From positions 15,199,675 through 15,263,674 of the forward strand of contig OZ037768.1 in NCBI GenBank assembly GCA_964035545.1: 64,000 nt of DNA, written 5' to 3'. Of the stretch, positions 16,101 to 32,000 are shown piece after piece. Numbering within the stretch: position 1 is the stretch's first letter; each line of letters begins with the position of its first letter. The notes under the pieces were generated by a model. The model worked only from the letters and a program-made list of their open reading frames with translations, ran no database searches and was not told where the DNA came from. This stretch comes from Bugula neritina (taxonomy: Eukaryota; Animalia; Bryozoa). Both the position numbers and the translations under genes were made by a program.

Positions 16101-19100
16101 CATACTGAAATACACTGCAACATACTGAAATACGCTGTAACATATTGAAATACACTGCAACACACTGAAATATACTGAAACATACCGATATATATGGTAA
16201 CCTACTGAAATATGTTGCAAACCACTGAAACGTACTGCATCATCCTGCAACAAAATGAAATATACGGTAACACTGAAGCATACTGCAGTATACTGAAATA
16301 TACTGTAACATACTAAGACATACTGCAACATACCGAAAAATATGGTAATCTACTGAAATATGTTACAAACTACTGAAACATACTGCAACATATTATAGCA
16401 ACATAATGAAATACACTGCAACATACTGAAATATACTGCAAGATACTGCAAAATACTGAAATTCATTGTAAGATACCTAAATACACTGCAACATACTGCA
16501 ACTTACTGCAACATATTGAAATACACTGTAACATATTGAAAAACACTGCAACACATTGAAATATACCGCAACATACCGAAGTATATGGTAGCCTACCGAA
16601 ATATACTGCGACATACTGAAATACAATGTAACGTACTGAAATACAGTGCAACATACTGAAATACACTGTAACGTATTAAAATACACTGCAACACACTGAA
16701 ATATACTGAAACATACCAAAATATATGGTAACCCACTGAAATATGTTGCAAACCACTGAAATATACTGCAACATACTGCAACATAATGAAATATACTGCA
16801 ACATACTGAAATATACTGCATGATACTGCAACATACTCATACACATTGTAAGATACTGAAATACACTGCAACATACCGCAACATACTGCAACGTATTGAA
16901 ATACACTGTAACATATTGAAAAACACTGCAACACATTGAAATATACTGCAACATACTAAAACATACGGCAACATACTGAAATATACTGCGACATATTGAA
17001 ATATAATGCAACATACTGAAATATGCTGTAGCATACTGAAATACACTGCAATACACTGAAGTATACTGTAATATACAGAAACGTACTGTAACATACTGAA
17101 ACATACGTCAACATACTAAAGTATACTGCGACACATTGAAATATACTGCAACATACTGAAATACACCGTAACATACTAAACTCCACTGCAACATTCTGAA
17201 ATACACTGTAACACATTGAAATACACTGCAACACAGTGAATTATACTGAAATACATTGTGAGATACGGAAACACGCTGCAACATACTGCAAAATAATGAA
17301 ATATATGGTAACCTACTGAAATATGTTGAAAACTACTGAAATATACTGCAAAATTATGCAACATAATGAAAGATACTGCAATATACTGAAATAAACTGCA
17401 AGATACTGCAACATACTGAAATACACTGTAACATACTGAAATACACTGTAACAGATTGAAATACACTGCGACATACTGCAACATACTGAAAAACGCTGTA
17501 AAATATTGAAATACACTGCAACACATTGAAATATTTCGCAACATACCGAAATATATGGTAACCTAATGAGATATACTGTAACACGTTGAAGTACACTGCA
17601 ACATACTGAAATACACTGCAACACACTAAATTATACTGTAATTTACAGAAATGTACTGCAAAATACTGAAATATACTGCAAGATACTGCAACATACTGAA
17701 ATACACTGTAACATACTGAAATACACAGCAACATACTGAAATATACTGCATGATACTGCAACATACTGATACACATTGTAAGATACTGAAATGCACTGCA
17801 ACATAGTGAAATATACTGCATGATACTGCAACATACTCATACACATTGTAAGATACTGAAATACACTGCAACATACCGCAACATACTGCAACGTAGTGAA
17901 ATACACTGTAACATATTGAAAAACACTGCAACACATTGAAATATACTGCAACATACTGAAATATACGGCAACATACTGAAATATACTGCGACACATTGAA
18001 ATATAGTGCAACATACTGAAATATGCTGTAGCATACTGAAATACACTGCAATACACTGAAGTATACTGTAATATACTGAAATGTACTGTAACATACTGAA
18101 ACATACGGCAAGATACTAAAATATACTGCGACACATTGAAATATACTGCAACATACTGAAATACACCGTAACATACTGAAATACACTGCAACATACTGAA
18201 ATACACTGTAACATATTGAAATACACTGCAACACACTGAAATATACTGAAACATACCGATATATATGGTAACCTACTGAAATATGTTGCAAACCACTGAA
18301 ACATACTGCATCATCCTGCAACAAAATGAAATATACGGTAACACTGAAGCATACTGCAATATACTGAAATATACTGTAACATACTAAGACATACTGCAAC
18401 ATACCGAAAAATATGGTAACCTACTGAAATATGTTACAAACTACTGAAACATACTGCAACATACTGCAACATAATGAAAAACGCTGTAACATATTGAAAA
18501 ACACTGCAACACATTGAAATATACCGCAACATACCGAAATGTATGGTAACCTACTGAAATATGCTGTAACACATTGAAATATCCTGCAACACATTGAAAT
18601 ATACTGCAACATACCGAAATATATGGTAACCTACTGAAATATGTTGCAAACGCCTGAAATATACTGCAACATACTGCAACATATTGAAGTATACTGCAAC
18701 ATACTAAAATATACTGCAAGATACTGCAACATACTGATATACACTGTAACATACTGAAATACACTGCAACATACTGAAATATACTGCAAGATACTGCAAC
18801 ATACTGAAACGCATTGTAAGATACTGAAATTCACTGCAACATACCGCAACATACTGCAACGTATTGAAATACACTGTAACATATTGAAAAACACTGCAAC
18901 ACATTGAAATTTACTGCAACATACTAAAACATACGGCAACATACTGAAATATACTGGAACACATTGAAATATAGTGCAACATACTGAAATATGCTGTAGC
19001 ATACTGAAATACACTGCAATACACTGAAGTATACTGTAATATACAGAAACGTACTGTAACATACTGAAACATACGGCAACATACTAAAATATACTGCGAC

Positions 19101-20310
19101 ACATTGAAATATACTGCAACATACTGAAATACACCGTAACATACTAAACTCCACTGCAACATTCTGAAATACACTGTAACACATTGAAATACACTGCAAC
19201 ATACTAAAACATACGGCAACATACTGAAATATACTGCGACATATTGGAATATAATGCAACATACTGAAATATGCTGTAGCATACTGAAATACACTGCAAT
19301 ACACTGAAGTATACTGTAATATACAGAAACGTACTGTAACATACTGAAACATACGTCAACATACTAAAATATACTGCGACACATTGAAATATACTGCAAC
19401 ATACTGAAATACACCGTAACATACTAAACTCCACTGCAACATTCTGAAATACACTGTAACACATTGAAATACACTGCAACACAGTGAATTATACTAAAAT
19501 ACATTGTGAGATACGGAAACCTGCTGCAACATACTGCAAAATAATGAAATATATGGTAACCTACTGAAATATGTTGAAAACTACTGAAATATACAGCAAA
19601 ATTATGCAACATAATGAAAGATACTGCAATATACTGAAATAAACTGCAAGATACTGCAACATACTGAAATACACTGTAACAAACTGAAATACACTGTAAC
19701 ATATTGAAATACACTGCGACATACTGCAACATACTGAAAATCGCTGTAACATATTGAAATACACTGCAACACATTGAAATATTCCGCAACATACCGAAAT
19801 ATATGGTAACCTAATGAGATATACTGTAAAACGTTGAAGTACACTGCAACATACTGAAATACACTGCAACACACTAAATTATACTGTAATTTACAGAAAT
19901 GTACTGCAACATACTGAAATATACTGCAAGATACTGCAACATACTGAAATACACTGTAACATACTGAAATACACTGCAACATACTGAAATATACTGCATG
20001 ATACTGCAACATACTGATACACATTGTAAGATACTGAAATGCACTGCAACATAGTGAAATATACTGCATGATACTGCAACTTACTCATACACATTGTAAG
20101 ATACTGAAATACACTGCAACATACCGCAACATACTGCAACGTATTGAAATACACTGTAACATATTGAAAAACACTGCAGCACATTGAAATATACTGCAAC
20201 ATACTGAAACATACGGCAACATACTGAAATATACTGCGACACATTGAAATATAGTGCAACATACTGAAATATGCTGTAGCATACTGAAATACACTGCAAT
20301 ACACTGAAGT
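10190..20310 (+). repeat. 5269-bp tandem duplication (second copy partial, merging into the 2248-bp array)
   Basis: ORF pairs 10373/15642, 11907/17176, 12357/17626, 13152/18421 and 14155/19424 are all offset 5269. The +3 ATATTATAGC variant is shared at 11121/16390. Confidence 0.9.
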
Positions 20311-23300
20311 ATACTGTAATATACAGAAACGTACTGTAACATACTGAAACATACGGCAAGATACTAAAATATACTGCGACACATTGAAATATACTGCAAC
20401 ATACTGAAATACACCGTAACATACTGAAATACACTGCAACATACTGAAATACACTGTAACATATTGAAATACACTGCAACACACTGAAATATACTGAAAC
20501 ATACCGATATATATGGTAACCTACTGAAATATGTTGCAAACCACTGAAACATACTGCAACATACAGCAACAAAATGAAATATACGGTAACACTGAAGCAT
20601 ACTGCAATATACTGAAAGATACTGTAACATACTAAGACATACTGCAACATACCGAAAAATATTGTAACCTACTGAAATATGTTACAAACTACTGAAACAT
20701 ACTGCAACATACTGCAACATAATGAAAAACGCTGTAACATATTGAAAAACACTGCAACACATTGAAATATACCGCAACAAACCGAAATGTATGGTAACCT
20801 ACTGAAATGTGCTGTAACACATTGAAATATCCTGCAACACATTGAAATATACTGCAACATACCGAAATATATGGTAACCTACTGAAATATGTTGCAAACG
20901 CGTGAAATATACTGCAACATACTGCAACATATTGAAGTATACTGCAACATACTAAAATATACTGCAAGATACTGCAACATACTGATATACACTGTAACAT
21001 ACTGAAATACACTGCAACATACTGAAGTATACTGCAAGATACTGCAACATACTGAAACGCATTGTAAGATACTGAAATACACTGCAACATACCGCAACAT
21101 ACTGCAACGTATTGAAATACACTGTAACATATTGAAAAACACTGCAACACATTGAAATATACTGCAACATACTAAAACATACGGCAACATACTGAAATAT
21201 ACTGCGACACATTGAAATATAGTGCAACATACTGAAATATGCTGTAGCACACTGAAACACACTGCAATACACTGAAGTATACTGTAATATACAGAAACGT
21301 ACTGTAACATACTGAAACATACGGCAACATACTAAAATATACTGCGACACATTGAAATATACTGCAACATACTGAAATACACCGTAACATACTAAACTCC
21401 ACTGCAACATTCTGAAATACACTGTAACACATTGAAATACACTGCAACATACTAAAACATACGGCAACATACTGAAATATACTGCGACATATTGGAATAT
21501 AATGCAACATACTGAAATATGCTGTAGCATACTGAAATACACTGCAATACACTGAAGTATACTGTAATATACAGAAACGTACTGTAACATACTGAAACAT
21601 ACGTCAACATACTAAAATATACTGCGACACATTGAAATATACTGCAACATACTGAAATACACCGTAACATACTAAACTCCACTGCAACATTCTGAAATAC
21701 ACTGTAACACATTGAAATACACTGCAACACAGTGAATTATACTAAAATACATTGTGAGATACGGAAACCTGCTGCAACATACTGCAAAATAATGAAATAT
21801 ATGGTAACCTACTGAAATATGTTGAAAACTACTGAAATATACAGCAAAATTATGCAACATAATGAAAGATACTGCAATATACTGAAATAAACTGCAAGAT
21901 ACTGCAACATACTGAAATACACTGTAACAAACTGAAATACACTGTAACATATTGAAATACACTGCGACATACTGCAACATACTGAAAATCGCTGTAACAT
22001 ATTGAAATACACTGCAACACATTGAAATATTCCGCAACATACCGAAATATATGGTAACCTAATGAGATATACTGTAACACGTTGAAGTACACTGCAACAT
22101 ACTGAAATACACTGCAACACACTAAATTATACTGTAATTTACAGAAATGTACTGCAACATACTGAAATATACTGCAAGATACTGCAACATACTGAAATAC
22201 ACTGTAACATACTGAAATACACTGCAACATACTGAAATATACTGCATGATACTGCAACATACTGATACACATTGTAAGATACTGAAATGCACTGCAACAT
22301 AGTGAAATATACTGCATGATACTGCAATTTACTCATACACATTGTAAGATACTGAAATACACTGCAACATACCGCAACATACTGCAACGTATTGAAATAC
22401 ACTGTAACATATTGAAAAACACTGCAACACATTGAAATATACTGCAACATACTGAAACATACGGCAACATACTGAAATATACTGCGACACATTGAAATAT
22501 AGTGCAACATACTGAAATATGCTTTAGCATACTGAAATACACTGCAATACACTGAAGTATACTGTAATATACAGAAACGTACTGTAACATACTGAAACAT
22601 ACGGCAAGATACTAAAATATACTGCGACACATTGAAATATACTGCAACATACTGAAATACACCGTAACATACTGAAATACACTGCAACATACTGAAATAC
22701 ACTGTAACATATTGAAATACACTGCAACACACTGAAATATACTGAAACATACCGATATATATGGTAACCTACTGAAATATGTTGCAAACCACTGAAACAT
22801 ACTGCAACATACAGCAACAAAATGAAATATACGGTAACACTGAAGCATACTGCAATATACTGAAAGATACTGTAACATACTAAGACATACTGCAACATAC
22901 CGAAAAATATTGTAACCTACTGAAATATGTTACAAACTACTGAAACATACTGCAACATACTGCAACATAATGAAAAACGCTGTAACATATTGAAAAACAC
23001 TGCAACACATTGAAATATACCGCAACAAACCGAAATGTATGGTAACCTACTGAAATATGCTGTAACACATTGAAATATCCTGCAACACATTGAAATATAC
23101 TGCAACATACCGAAATATATGGTAACCTACTGAAATATGTTGCAAACGCGTGAAATATACTGCAACATACTGCAACATATTGAAGTATACTGCAACATAC
23201 TAAAATATACTGCAAGATACTGCAACATACTGATATACACTGTAACATACTGAAATACACTGCAACATACTGAAGTATACTGCAAGATACTGCAACATAC

Positions 23301-23700
23301 TGAAACGCATTGTAAGATACTGAAATACACTGCAACATACCGCAACATACTGCAACGTATTGAAATACACTGTAACATATTGAAAAACACTGCAACACAT
23401 TGAAATATACTGCAACATACTAAAACATACGGCAACATACTGAAATATACTGCGACACATTGAAATATAGTGCAACATACTGAAATATGCTGTAGCACAC
23501 TGAAATACACTGCAATACACTGAAGTATACTGTAATATACAGAAACGTACTGTAACATACTGAAACATACGGCAACATACTAAAATATACTGCGACACAT
23601 TGAAATATACTGCAACATACTGAAATACACCGTAACATACTAAACTCCACTGCAACATTCTGAAATACACTGTAACACATTGAAATACACTGCAACACAG
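16950..23700 (+). repeat. Three tandem copies of a 2248-bp higher-order repeat (about 1.5 further copies at about 11,690-15,050)
   Basis: ORF series 16956/19204/21452, 17176/19424/21672 and 18421/20669/22917 step by 2248, as does 11687/13935. Confidence 0.9.
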
Positions 23701-26700
23701 TGAATTATACTGAAATACATTGTGAGATACGGAAACACACTGCAACATACTGCAACGTATTGAAATATACTGTAACATATTGAAAAACACTGCAACACAA
23801 TGAAATATACTGCAACATACTAAAACATACGGCAACATACTGAAATATACTGCGACACATTGAAATATAGTGCAACATACTGAAATATGCTGTAGCATAC
23901 TGAAATACACTGCAATACACTGAAGTATACTGTCACAAATTGAAATACACTGCAACACACTGAAATATACTGAAACATACCGATATATATGGTAACCTAC
24001 TGAAATATGTTGCAAACCACTGAAACATACTGTATCATCCTGCAACATAATGAAATATACGGTAACATACTGAAAGATACTGCAACATACTGAAATACAC
24101 CATGGAATACCGAAACATACTGCAACATACTGAAATATACTGCAAGATACTGCAAAATACTGAAATACATTGTAAGATACCTAAATACACTGCAACATAC
24201 TGCAACACACTGCAACATATTGAAATACACTGTAACATATTGAAAAACACTGCAACATACTGAAATACACTGTAACATATTAAAATACACTGCAACACAC
24301 TGAAATATACTGAAACATACCGAAATATATGGTAACCCACTGAAATATGTTGCAAACCACTGAAATATACTGCAACATACTGCAACATAATGAAGTATAC
24401 TGCAACATACTGAAATATACTGCAAGATACTGCAACATACTGATACACATTGCAAGATACTGAAATACACTGCAACACATTGAAATACACTGCAACACAC
24501 TGAAGTATACTGTAATATACAGAAATGTACTGTAAAATACTGAAATATACTTCATTATACTGAAAAATACCTAAAAACATTGAAACATACTGATATAAAC
24601 TGAAACATACTGAAATACACTGCAACACATTGGAATATACTGCAACATACCGAAATATATGGTAACCTACTGAAGTATGTTGCAAACTACTGAAATATAC
24701 TGCAACATACTGCAACATGTTGAAGTATACTGCAACATACTGAAAAACGCTGTAACATATTGAAATACACTGCAACACATTGAAATATTCCGCAACATAC
24801 CGAAATATATGGTAACCTAATGAGATAGACTGTAACACGTTGAAGTACACTGCAACATACTGAAATACACTGCAACACACTAAATTATACTGTAATTTAC
24901 AGAAATGTACTGCAACATACTGAAACATACGGCAACATACTGAAATATACTGCGACACATTGAAATATAGTGCAACATACTGAAATATGCTGTAGCATCC
25001 TGAAATACATTGCAATACACTGAAGTATACTGTAATATACAGAAACGTACTGTAACATGCTGAAACATACGGCAACATACTAAAATATACTGCGACACAT
25101 TGAAATATACTGCAACATACTGAAATACACCGTAACATACTGAAATACACTGCAACATACTGAAATACACTGTAACATATTGAAATACACTGCAACACAC
25201 TGAAATATACTGAAACATACCGATATATATGGTAACCTACTGAAATATGTTGCAAACCACTGAAACGTACTGCATCATCCTGCAACAAAATGAAATATAC
25301 GGTAACACTGAAGCATACTGCAGTATACTGAAATATACTGTAACATACTAAGACATACTGCAACATACCGAAAAATATGGTAACCTACTGAAATATGTTA
25401 CAAACTACTGAAACATACTGCAACAAATTATAGCAATATAATGAAATATACTGCAACATACTGAAATATACTGCAAGATACTGCAAAATACTGAAATACA
25501 TTGTAAGATACCTAAATACACTGCAACATACTGCAACATACTGCAACATATTGAAATACACTGTAACATATTGAAAAACACTGCAACACATTGAAATATA
25601 CCGCAACATACCGAAGTATATGGTAGCCTACTGAAATATACTGCGACATACTGAAATACACTGTAACGTACTGAAATACAGTGCAACATACTAAAATACA
25701 CTGTAACGTATTAAAATACACTGCAACACACTGAAATATACTGAAACATACCAAAATATATGGTAACCCACTGAAATATGTTGCAAACCACTGAAATATA
25801 CTGCAACATACTGCAACATAATGAAATATACTGCAACATACTGAAATATACTGCAAGATACTGCAACATACTGATACACATTGTAAGATACTAAAATACA
25901 CTGCAACATACCGCGACATACTGCAGCGTATTGAAATACACTGTAACATATTGAAAAACACTGCAACACATTGAAATATACTGCAACATACTGAAACATT
26001 TGGCAACATACTGAAATATAATGCGACACATTGAAATATAGTGCAACATACTGAGATATGCTGTAGCATACTGAAATACACTGCAATACACTGAAGTATA
26101 CTGTAATATACAGAAACGTACTGTAACATACTGAAACATACGGCAACATACTAAAATATACTGCAACACATTGAAATATACTGCAACATACTGAAATACA
26201 CCGTAACATACTAAACTCCACTGCAACATTCTGAAATACACTGTAACACATTGAAATACACTGCAACAGAGTGAATTATACTGAAATACATTGTAAGATA
26301 CGGAAACACACTGCAACATACTGCAACATAATGAAATATATGGTAACCTACTGAAATATGTTGAAAACTACTGAAATATACTGCAACATTATGCAACATA
26401 ATGAAAGATACTGCAATATACTGAACTAAACTGCAAGATACTGCAACATACTGAAATACACTGTAACATACTGAAATACACTGTAACAGATTGAAATACA
26501 CTGCGACATACTGCAACATACTGAAAAACACTGTAACATATTGAAATACACTGCAACACATTGAAATATTCCGCAACATACCGAAATATATGATAACCTA
26601 ATGAGATATACTGTAACACGTTGAAGTACACTGCAACATACTGAAATACACTGCAACACACTAAATTATACTGTAATTCACAGAAATGTACTGCAACATA

Positions 26701-29009
26701 CTGAAACATACTGCAAGATACTGCAACATACTGAAATACACTGTAACATACTGAAATACACTGCAACATACTGAAATATACTGCATGATACTGCAACATA
26801 CTGATACACATTGTAAGATGCTGAAATGCACTGCAACATAGTGAAATATACTGCATGATACTGCAACATACTCATACACATTGTAATATACTGAAATACA
26901 CTGCAACATACCGCAACATACTGCAACGTATTGAAATACACTGTAACATATTGAAAAACACTGCAACACATTGAAATATACTGCAACATACTAAAACATA
27001 CGGCAACATACTGAAATATACTGCGACATATTGAAATATAATGCAACATACTGAAATATGCTGTAGCATACTGAAATACACTGCAATACACTGAAGTATA
27101 CTGTAATATACAGAAACGTACTGTAACATACTGAAACATACGTCAACATACTAAAGAATACTGCGACACATTGAAATATACTGCAACATACTGAAATACA
27201 CCGTAACATACTAAACTCCACTGCAACATTCTGAAATACACTGTAACACATTGAAATACACTGCAACACAGTGAATTATACTGAAATACATTGTGATATA
27301 CGGAAACACGCTGCAACATACTGCAAAATAATGAAATATATGGTAACCTACTGAAATATGTTGAAAACTACTAAAATATACTGCAACATAATGCAACATA
27401 ATGAAAGATACTGCAACATACTGAAATAAACTGCAAGATACTGCAACATACTGAAATACACTGTAACATACTGAAATACACTGTAACATATTGAAATACA
27501 CTGCAACACACTGAAATATACTGAAACATACCGATATATATGGTAACCTACTGAAATATGTTGCAAACCACTGAAACATACTGCATCATCCTGCAACAAA
27601 ATGAAATATACGGTAACACTGAAGCATACTGCAATATACTGAAATATACTGTAACATACTAAGACATACTGCAACATGCCGAAAAATATGGTAACCTATT
27701 GAAATATGTTACAAACTACTGAAACATACTGCAACATACTGCAACATAATGAATTATACTGCAACATACTGAAAGATACTGCAACATACTGAAATACACT
27801 ATAGAATACCGAAATACACTGCCACATACTGAAATATACTGCAAAATACTGCGAAATACTGAAATACATTGTAAGATATCTAAATACACTGCAACATACT
27901 GCAACATACTGCAACATTTTGAAGTACACTGTAACATATTGAAAAACACTGTCACACATTGAAATATACTGCAACATACTAAAACATACGGCAACATACT
28001 GAAATATACTGCGACACATTGAAATATAATGCAACATACTGAAATATGCTGTAGCATACTGAAATACACTGCAATACACTGAAGTATACTGTAATATACA
28101 GAAACGTACTGTAACATACTGAAACATACGGCAACATACTAAAATATACTGCAACACATTGAAATATACTGCAACATACTGAAATACACCGTAACATACT
28201 AAACTCCACTGCAACATTCTGAAATACACTGTAACACATTGAAATACACTGCAACACAGTGAATTATACTGAAATACATTCTAAGATACGGAAACACACT
28301 GCAACATACTGCAACATAATGAAATATATGGTAACCTACTGAAATATGTTGAAAACTACTGAAATAGACTGCAACATTATGCAACATAAAGAAAGATACT
28401 GCAATATACTGAAATAAACTGCAAGATACTGCAACATACTGAAATACACTGTAACATACTGAAATACACTGTAATAGATTGAAATACACTGCGACATACT
28501 GCAACATACTGAAAAACGCTGTAAAATATTGAAATACACTGCAACACATTGAAATATTCCGCAACACACCGAAATATATGGTAACCTAATGAGATATACT
28601 GTAACACGTTGAAGTACACTGCAACATACTGAAATACACTGCAACACACTAAATTATACTGTAATTTACAGAAATTTAATGCAACATACTGAAATATACT
28701 GCAAGATACTGCAACATACTGAAATACACTGTAACATACTGAAATACACTGCAACATACTGAAATACACTGTAACATATTGATATACACTGCAACACACT
28801 GAAATATACTGAAACATACTGAAATACACCGTAACATACTGAAATACACTGCAACATACTGAAATACACTGTAACATATTGAAATACACTGCAACACACT
28901 GAAATATACTGAAACAGACCGATATATATGGTAACCTACTGAAATATGTTTCAAACCACTGAAACAAACTGCATCATCCTGCAACAAAATGAAATATACG
29001 GTAACACTG

Positions 29010-32000
29010 AAGCATACTGCAATATACTGAAATATACTGCAACATACTGCAACATAATGAAGTATACTGCAACATATTGAAATATACTGTAAGAGACTGC
29101 AACATACTGAAATATACTGTAACATACTAAGTCATACTGCAACATGCCGAAAAATATGGTAACCTACTGAAATATGTTACAAACTAGTGAAACATACTGC
29201 AACATACTGCAACATAATGAAATATACTGCAACATACTGAAAGATACTGCAACATAATGCAACATAATGCAACATACTGAAATACACTGTAGAATACTGA
29301 AATACACTGTTACATACTGAATTACACTGCAACATACTGAACATACTGAAGTTTACTGCAACACATTGAAATAAACTGCAACGTTCGGAATTATACTTCA
29401 ATATACTCAAAAATACCGAAAAATATTGAAACATGCTGTAATACACTGTAACATACTGAAATACACTGCAACATATTGGAATGCACTGCAACACATTGAA
29501 ATATACCGCAACATACTGAAATGTTTGGTAACCTACTGAAATATGCTGTAACACTTTGAAATATACCGCAACATACCGAAGTATATGGTAGCCTAATGAA
29601 ATATACTGCGACATATTGAAATATACTGCAACATAATGAATTATGCTGTAACATACTAAGACATACTGCAACATACTGAAATATAATGCAACATACTGAA
29701 ATATACTCCAACATACTAAAATACACTGCAACACACTGCAACATACTGAAATATACTGCAACATACTGAAATACACTGTAACATACTGAATTACACTGCA
29801 ACATACTGTAACATACTGAAGTTCACTGCAACACATTGAAATAAACTGCAACATACGGAATTATACTTCAACATACTGAAAAATACCGAAAAATATTGAA
29901 ACATACTGAAACACACTGCAACATACTGAAATATACTGCAAGATACTGCAAAATACTGAAATACATTGTAAGATACCTAAATACACTGCAACATACTGCA
30001 ACATACTGCAACATACTGCAACATATTGAAATACACTGTGACATATTGAAAAACACTACAACACATTGAAATATACCGCAACATACCGAAGTATATGGTA
30101 GCCTACTGAAATATACTGCGACATATTGAAATATACTGCAACATAATGAACTATGCTGTAACATACTAAGACATACTGCAACATACTGAAATATAATGCA
30201 ACATACTGAAATATACTCCAACATACTAAAATACAGTGCAACACACTGCAACATACTGAAATATACTGCAACATACTGAAATACACTGTTACATACTGAA
30301 TTACACTGCAACATACTGTAACATACTGAAGTTCACTGCAACACATTGAAATAAACTGCAACATACGGAATTATACTTCAACATACTGAGAAATACCGAA
30401 AAATATTGAAACATGCTGTAATACGCTGTAACATACTGAAATACACTGTACCATATTGGAATGCACTGCAACACATTGAAATATACCGCAACATACCGAA
30501 ATGTTTGGTAACCTACTGAAATATGCTGTAACACATTGAAATATACTGCAACACATTGAAATATACCGCAACATACTAAAATATTCTACAGCATACTGAA
30601 ATACACTGCAAGACACTGAAGTATACTGTAATAGACAGAAATGTACTGTAACATACTGAAGCTTAAGGCAACATACTTAAATGTACTGCAACATACTTAA
30701 ATATACCGCAACAAACTAAATATACGGTAACCTACCGAAATATGTTGCAAAGTCCTAAAATATACTAAATCGCGAAAAAATATTGCAAATGTGCAACATA
30801 ATGAAATATACCGCAAAAACATTGAAATATCCTGCAACAGCTTAAGAGATACTGCAAAATACTGCAACATACTGAAATACACTGTAACATACTGAATTAT
30901 ACAGAAATACATTGTAAGATACTGAAATAGACTGCAACATACTGCAACATAATGGAATATATGGTAACCTACTGAAATGTGTTGAAAACTACTGAAATAT
31001 ACTGCAACATAATGCAACATAATGAAAGATACTGCAACATACTGAAATAAACTGCAAGATACTGCAACATACTGAAATACACTGTAACGTACTGAAATAC
31101 ACTGTAACATATTGAAATACACTGCAACATGTTGCAACATACTAAAAAACACTGTAACATATTGAAATAAACTGCAACACATTGAAACATTCCGCAACAT
31201 ACCGAAATATATGGTAACCTAATGAAATATACTGTAACACGTTGAAGTACACTGCAACATACTGAAATACACTGCAACACACTAAAGTATACTGTAATTT
31301 ACAGAAATGTACTGTAACATACTGAAACATACGGCAACATACTAAAATATACTGCGACACATTGAAATATACTGCAACATACTGAAATACACTGTAACAT
31401 ACTGACTTACACTGCAACATACTGAAATACATTGTAACATATTAAACTACACTGCAACACACTGAAACAAACTGAAACATACCGAAATACATGGTAACCT
31501 AGTGAACTATGTTGCAAACTACTGAAACATACTGCAAATTACTGAAATTAGCTGTAACCTACTAAGACATAGTGCGACATACTGAAATATAATGCAACAT
31601 ACTGAAATATAATGCAACATACTGAAATATACTCCAACATACTAAAATACATTGCGACACACTGCAACATACTGAAATACACTGCAACATACTGAAATAC
31701 ACTGCAACACATTGGAATATACTGCAACATATCGAAATATATGGTAACCTACTGAAGTATGTTGCAAACTACTGAAATATACTGCGACATATTGAAATAT
31801 ACTGCAACATACTGAAATATGCTGTAACATACTAAGACATACTGCAACATACTGAAATATAATGCAACATACTGAAATATACTCCAACATACTAAAATAC
31901 ACTGCAACACACTGCAACATACTGAAGAACGCTGTAACATATTGAAATACACTGCAACACATTGAAATATTCCGCAACATACCGAAATATATGGTAACCT

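Larger units (their letters stand above)
1..29010 (+). repeat. Left satellite subfamily domain
   Basis: Diagnostic modules: GCATCATCCTGCAACAAAATGAAATATACGGTAACACTGAAGC carrying a -2 indel (about 400, 3090, 4670, 6335, 7950, 10970, 13040, 16240, 18310, 25270, 27585, 28970; variants at 20570 and 22820), CTAAATTATACTGTAATTT, CCTAATGAGATATAC and ACTCATACACATTGTA. The -2 module was not seen after about 29,010. Confidence 0.85.

Noticed and set aside
24035-25366. Longest ORF (443 aa) and all other minus-strand ORFs as protein-coding genes
   Set aside because: They overlap in all three frames with the same cyclic low-complexity peptide, follow directly from a stop-free 10/20-bp repeat, show no domain, and rearrange in multiples of 10 rather than 3.
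30700-30850. Transposon or MITE insertion at the degenerate CAGCTTAAG module
   Set aside because: It is still alignable to satellite monomers, with no terminal inverted repeats, target-site duplication or foreign sequence.
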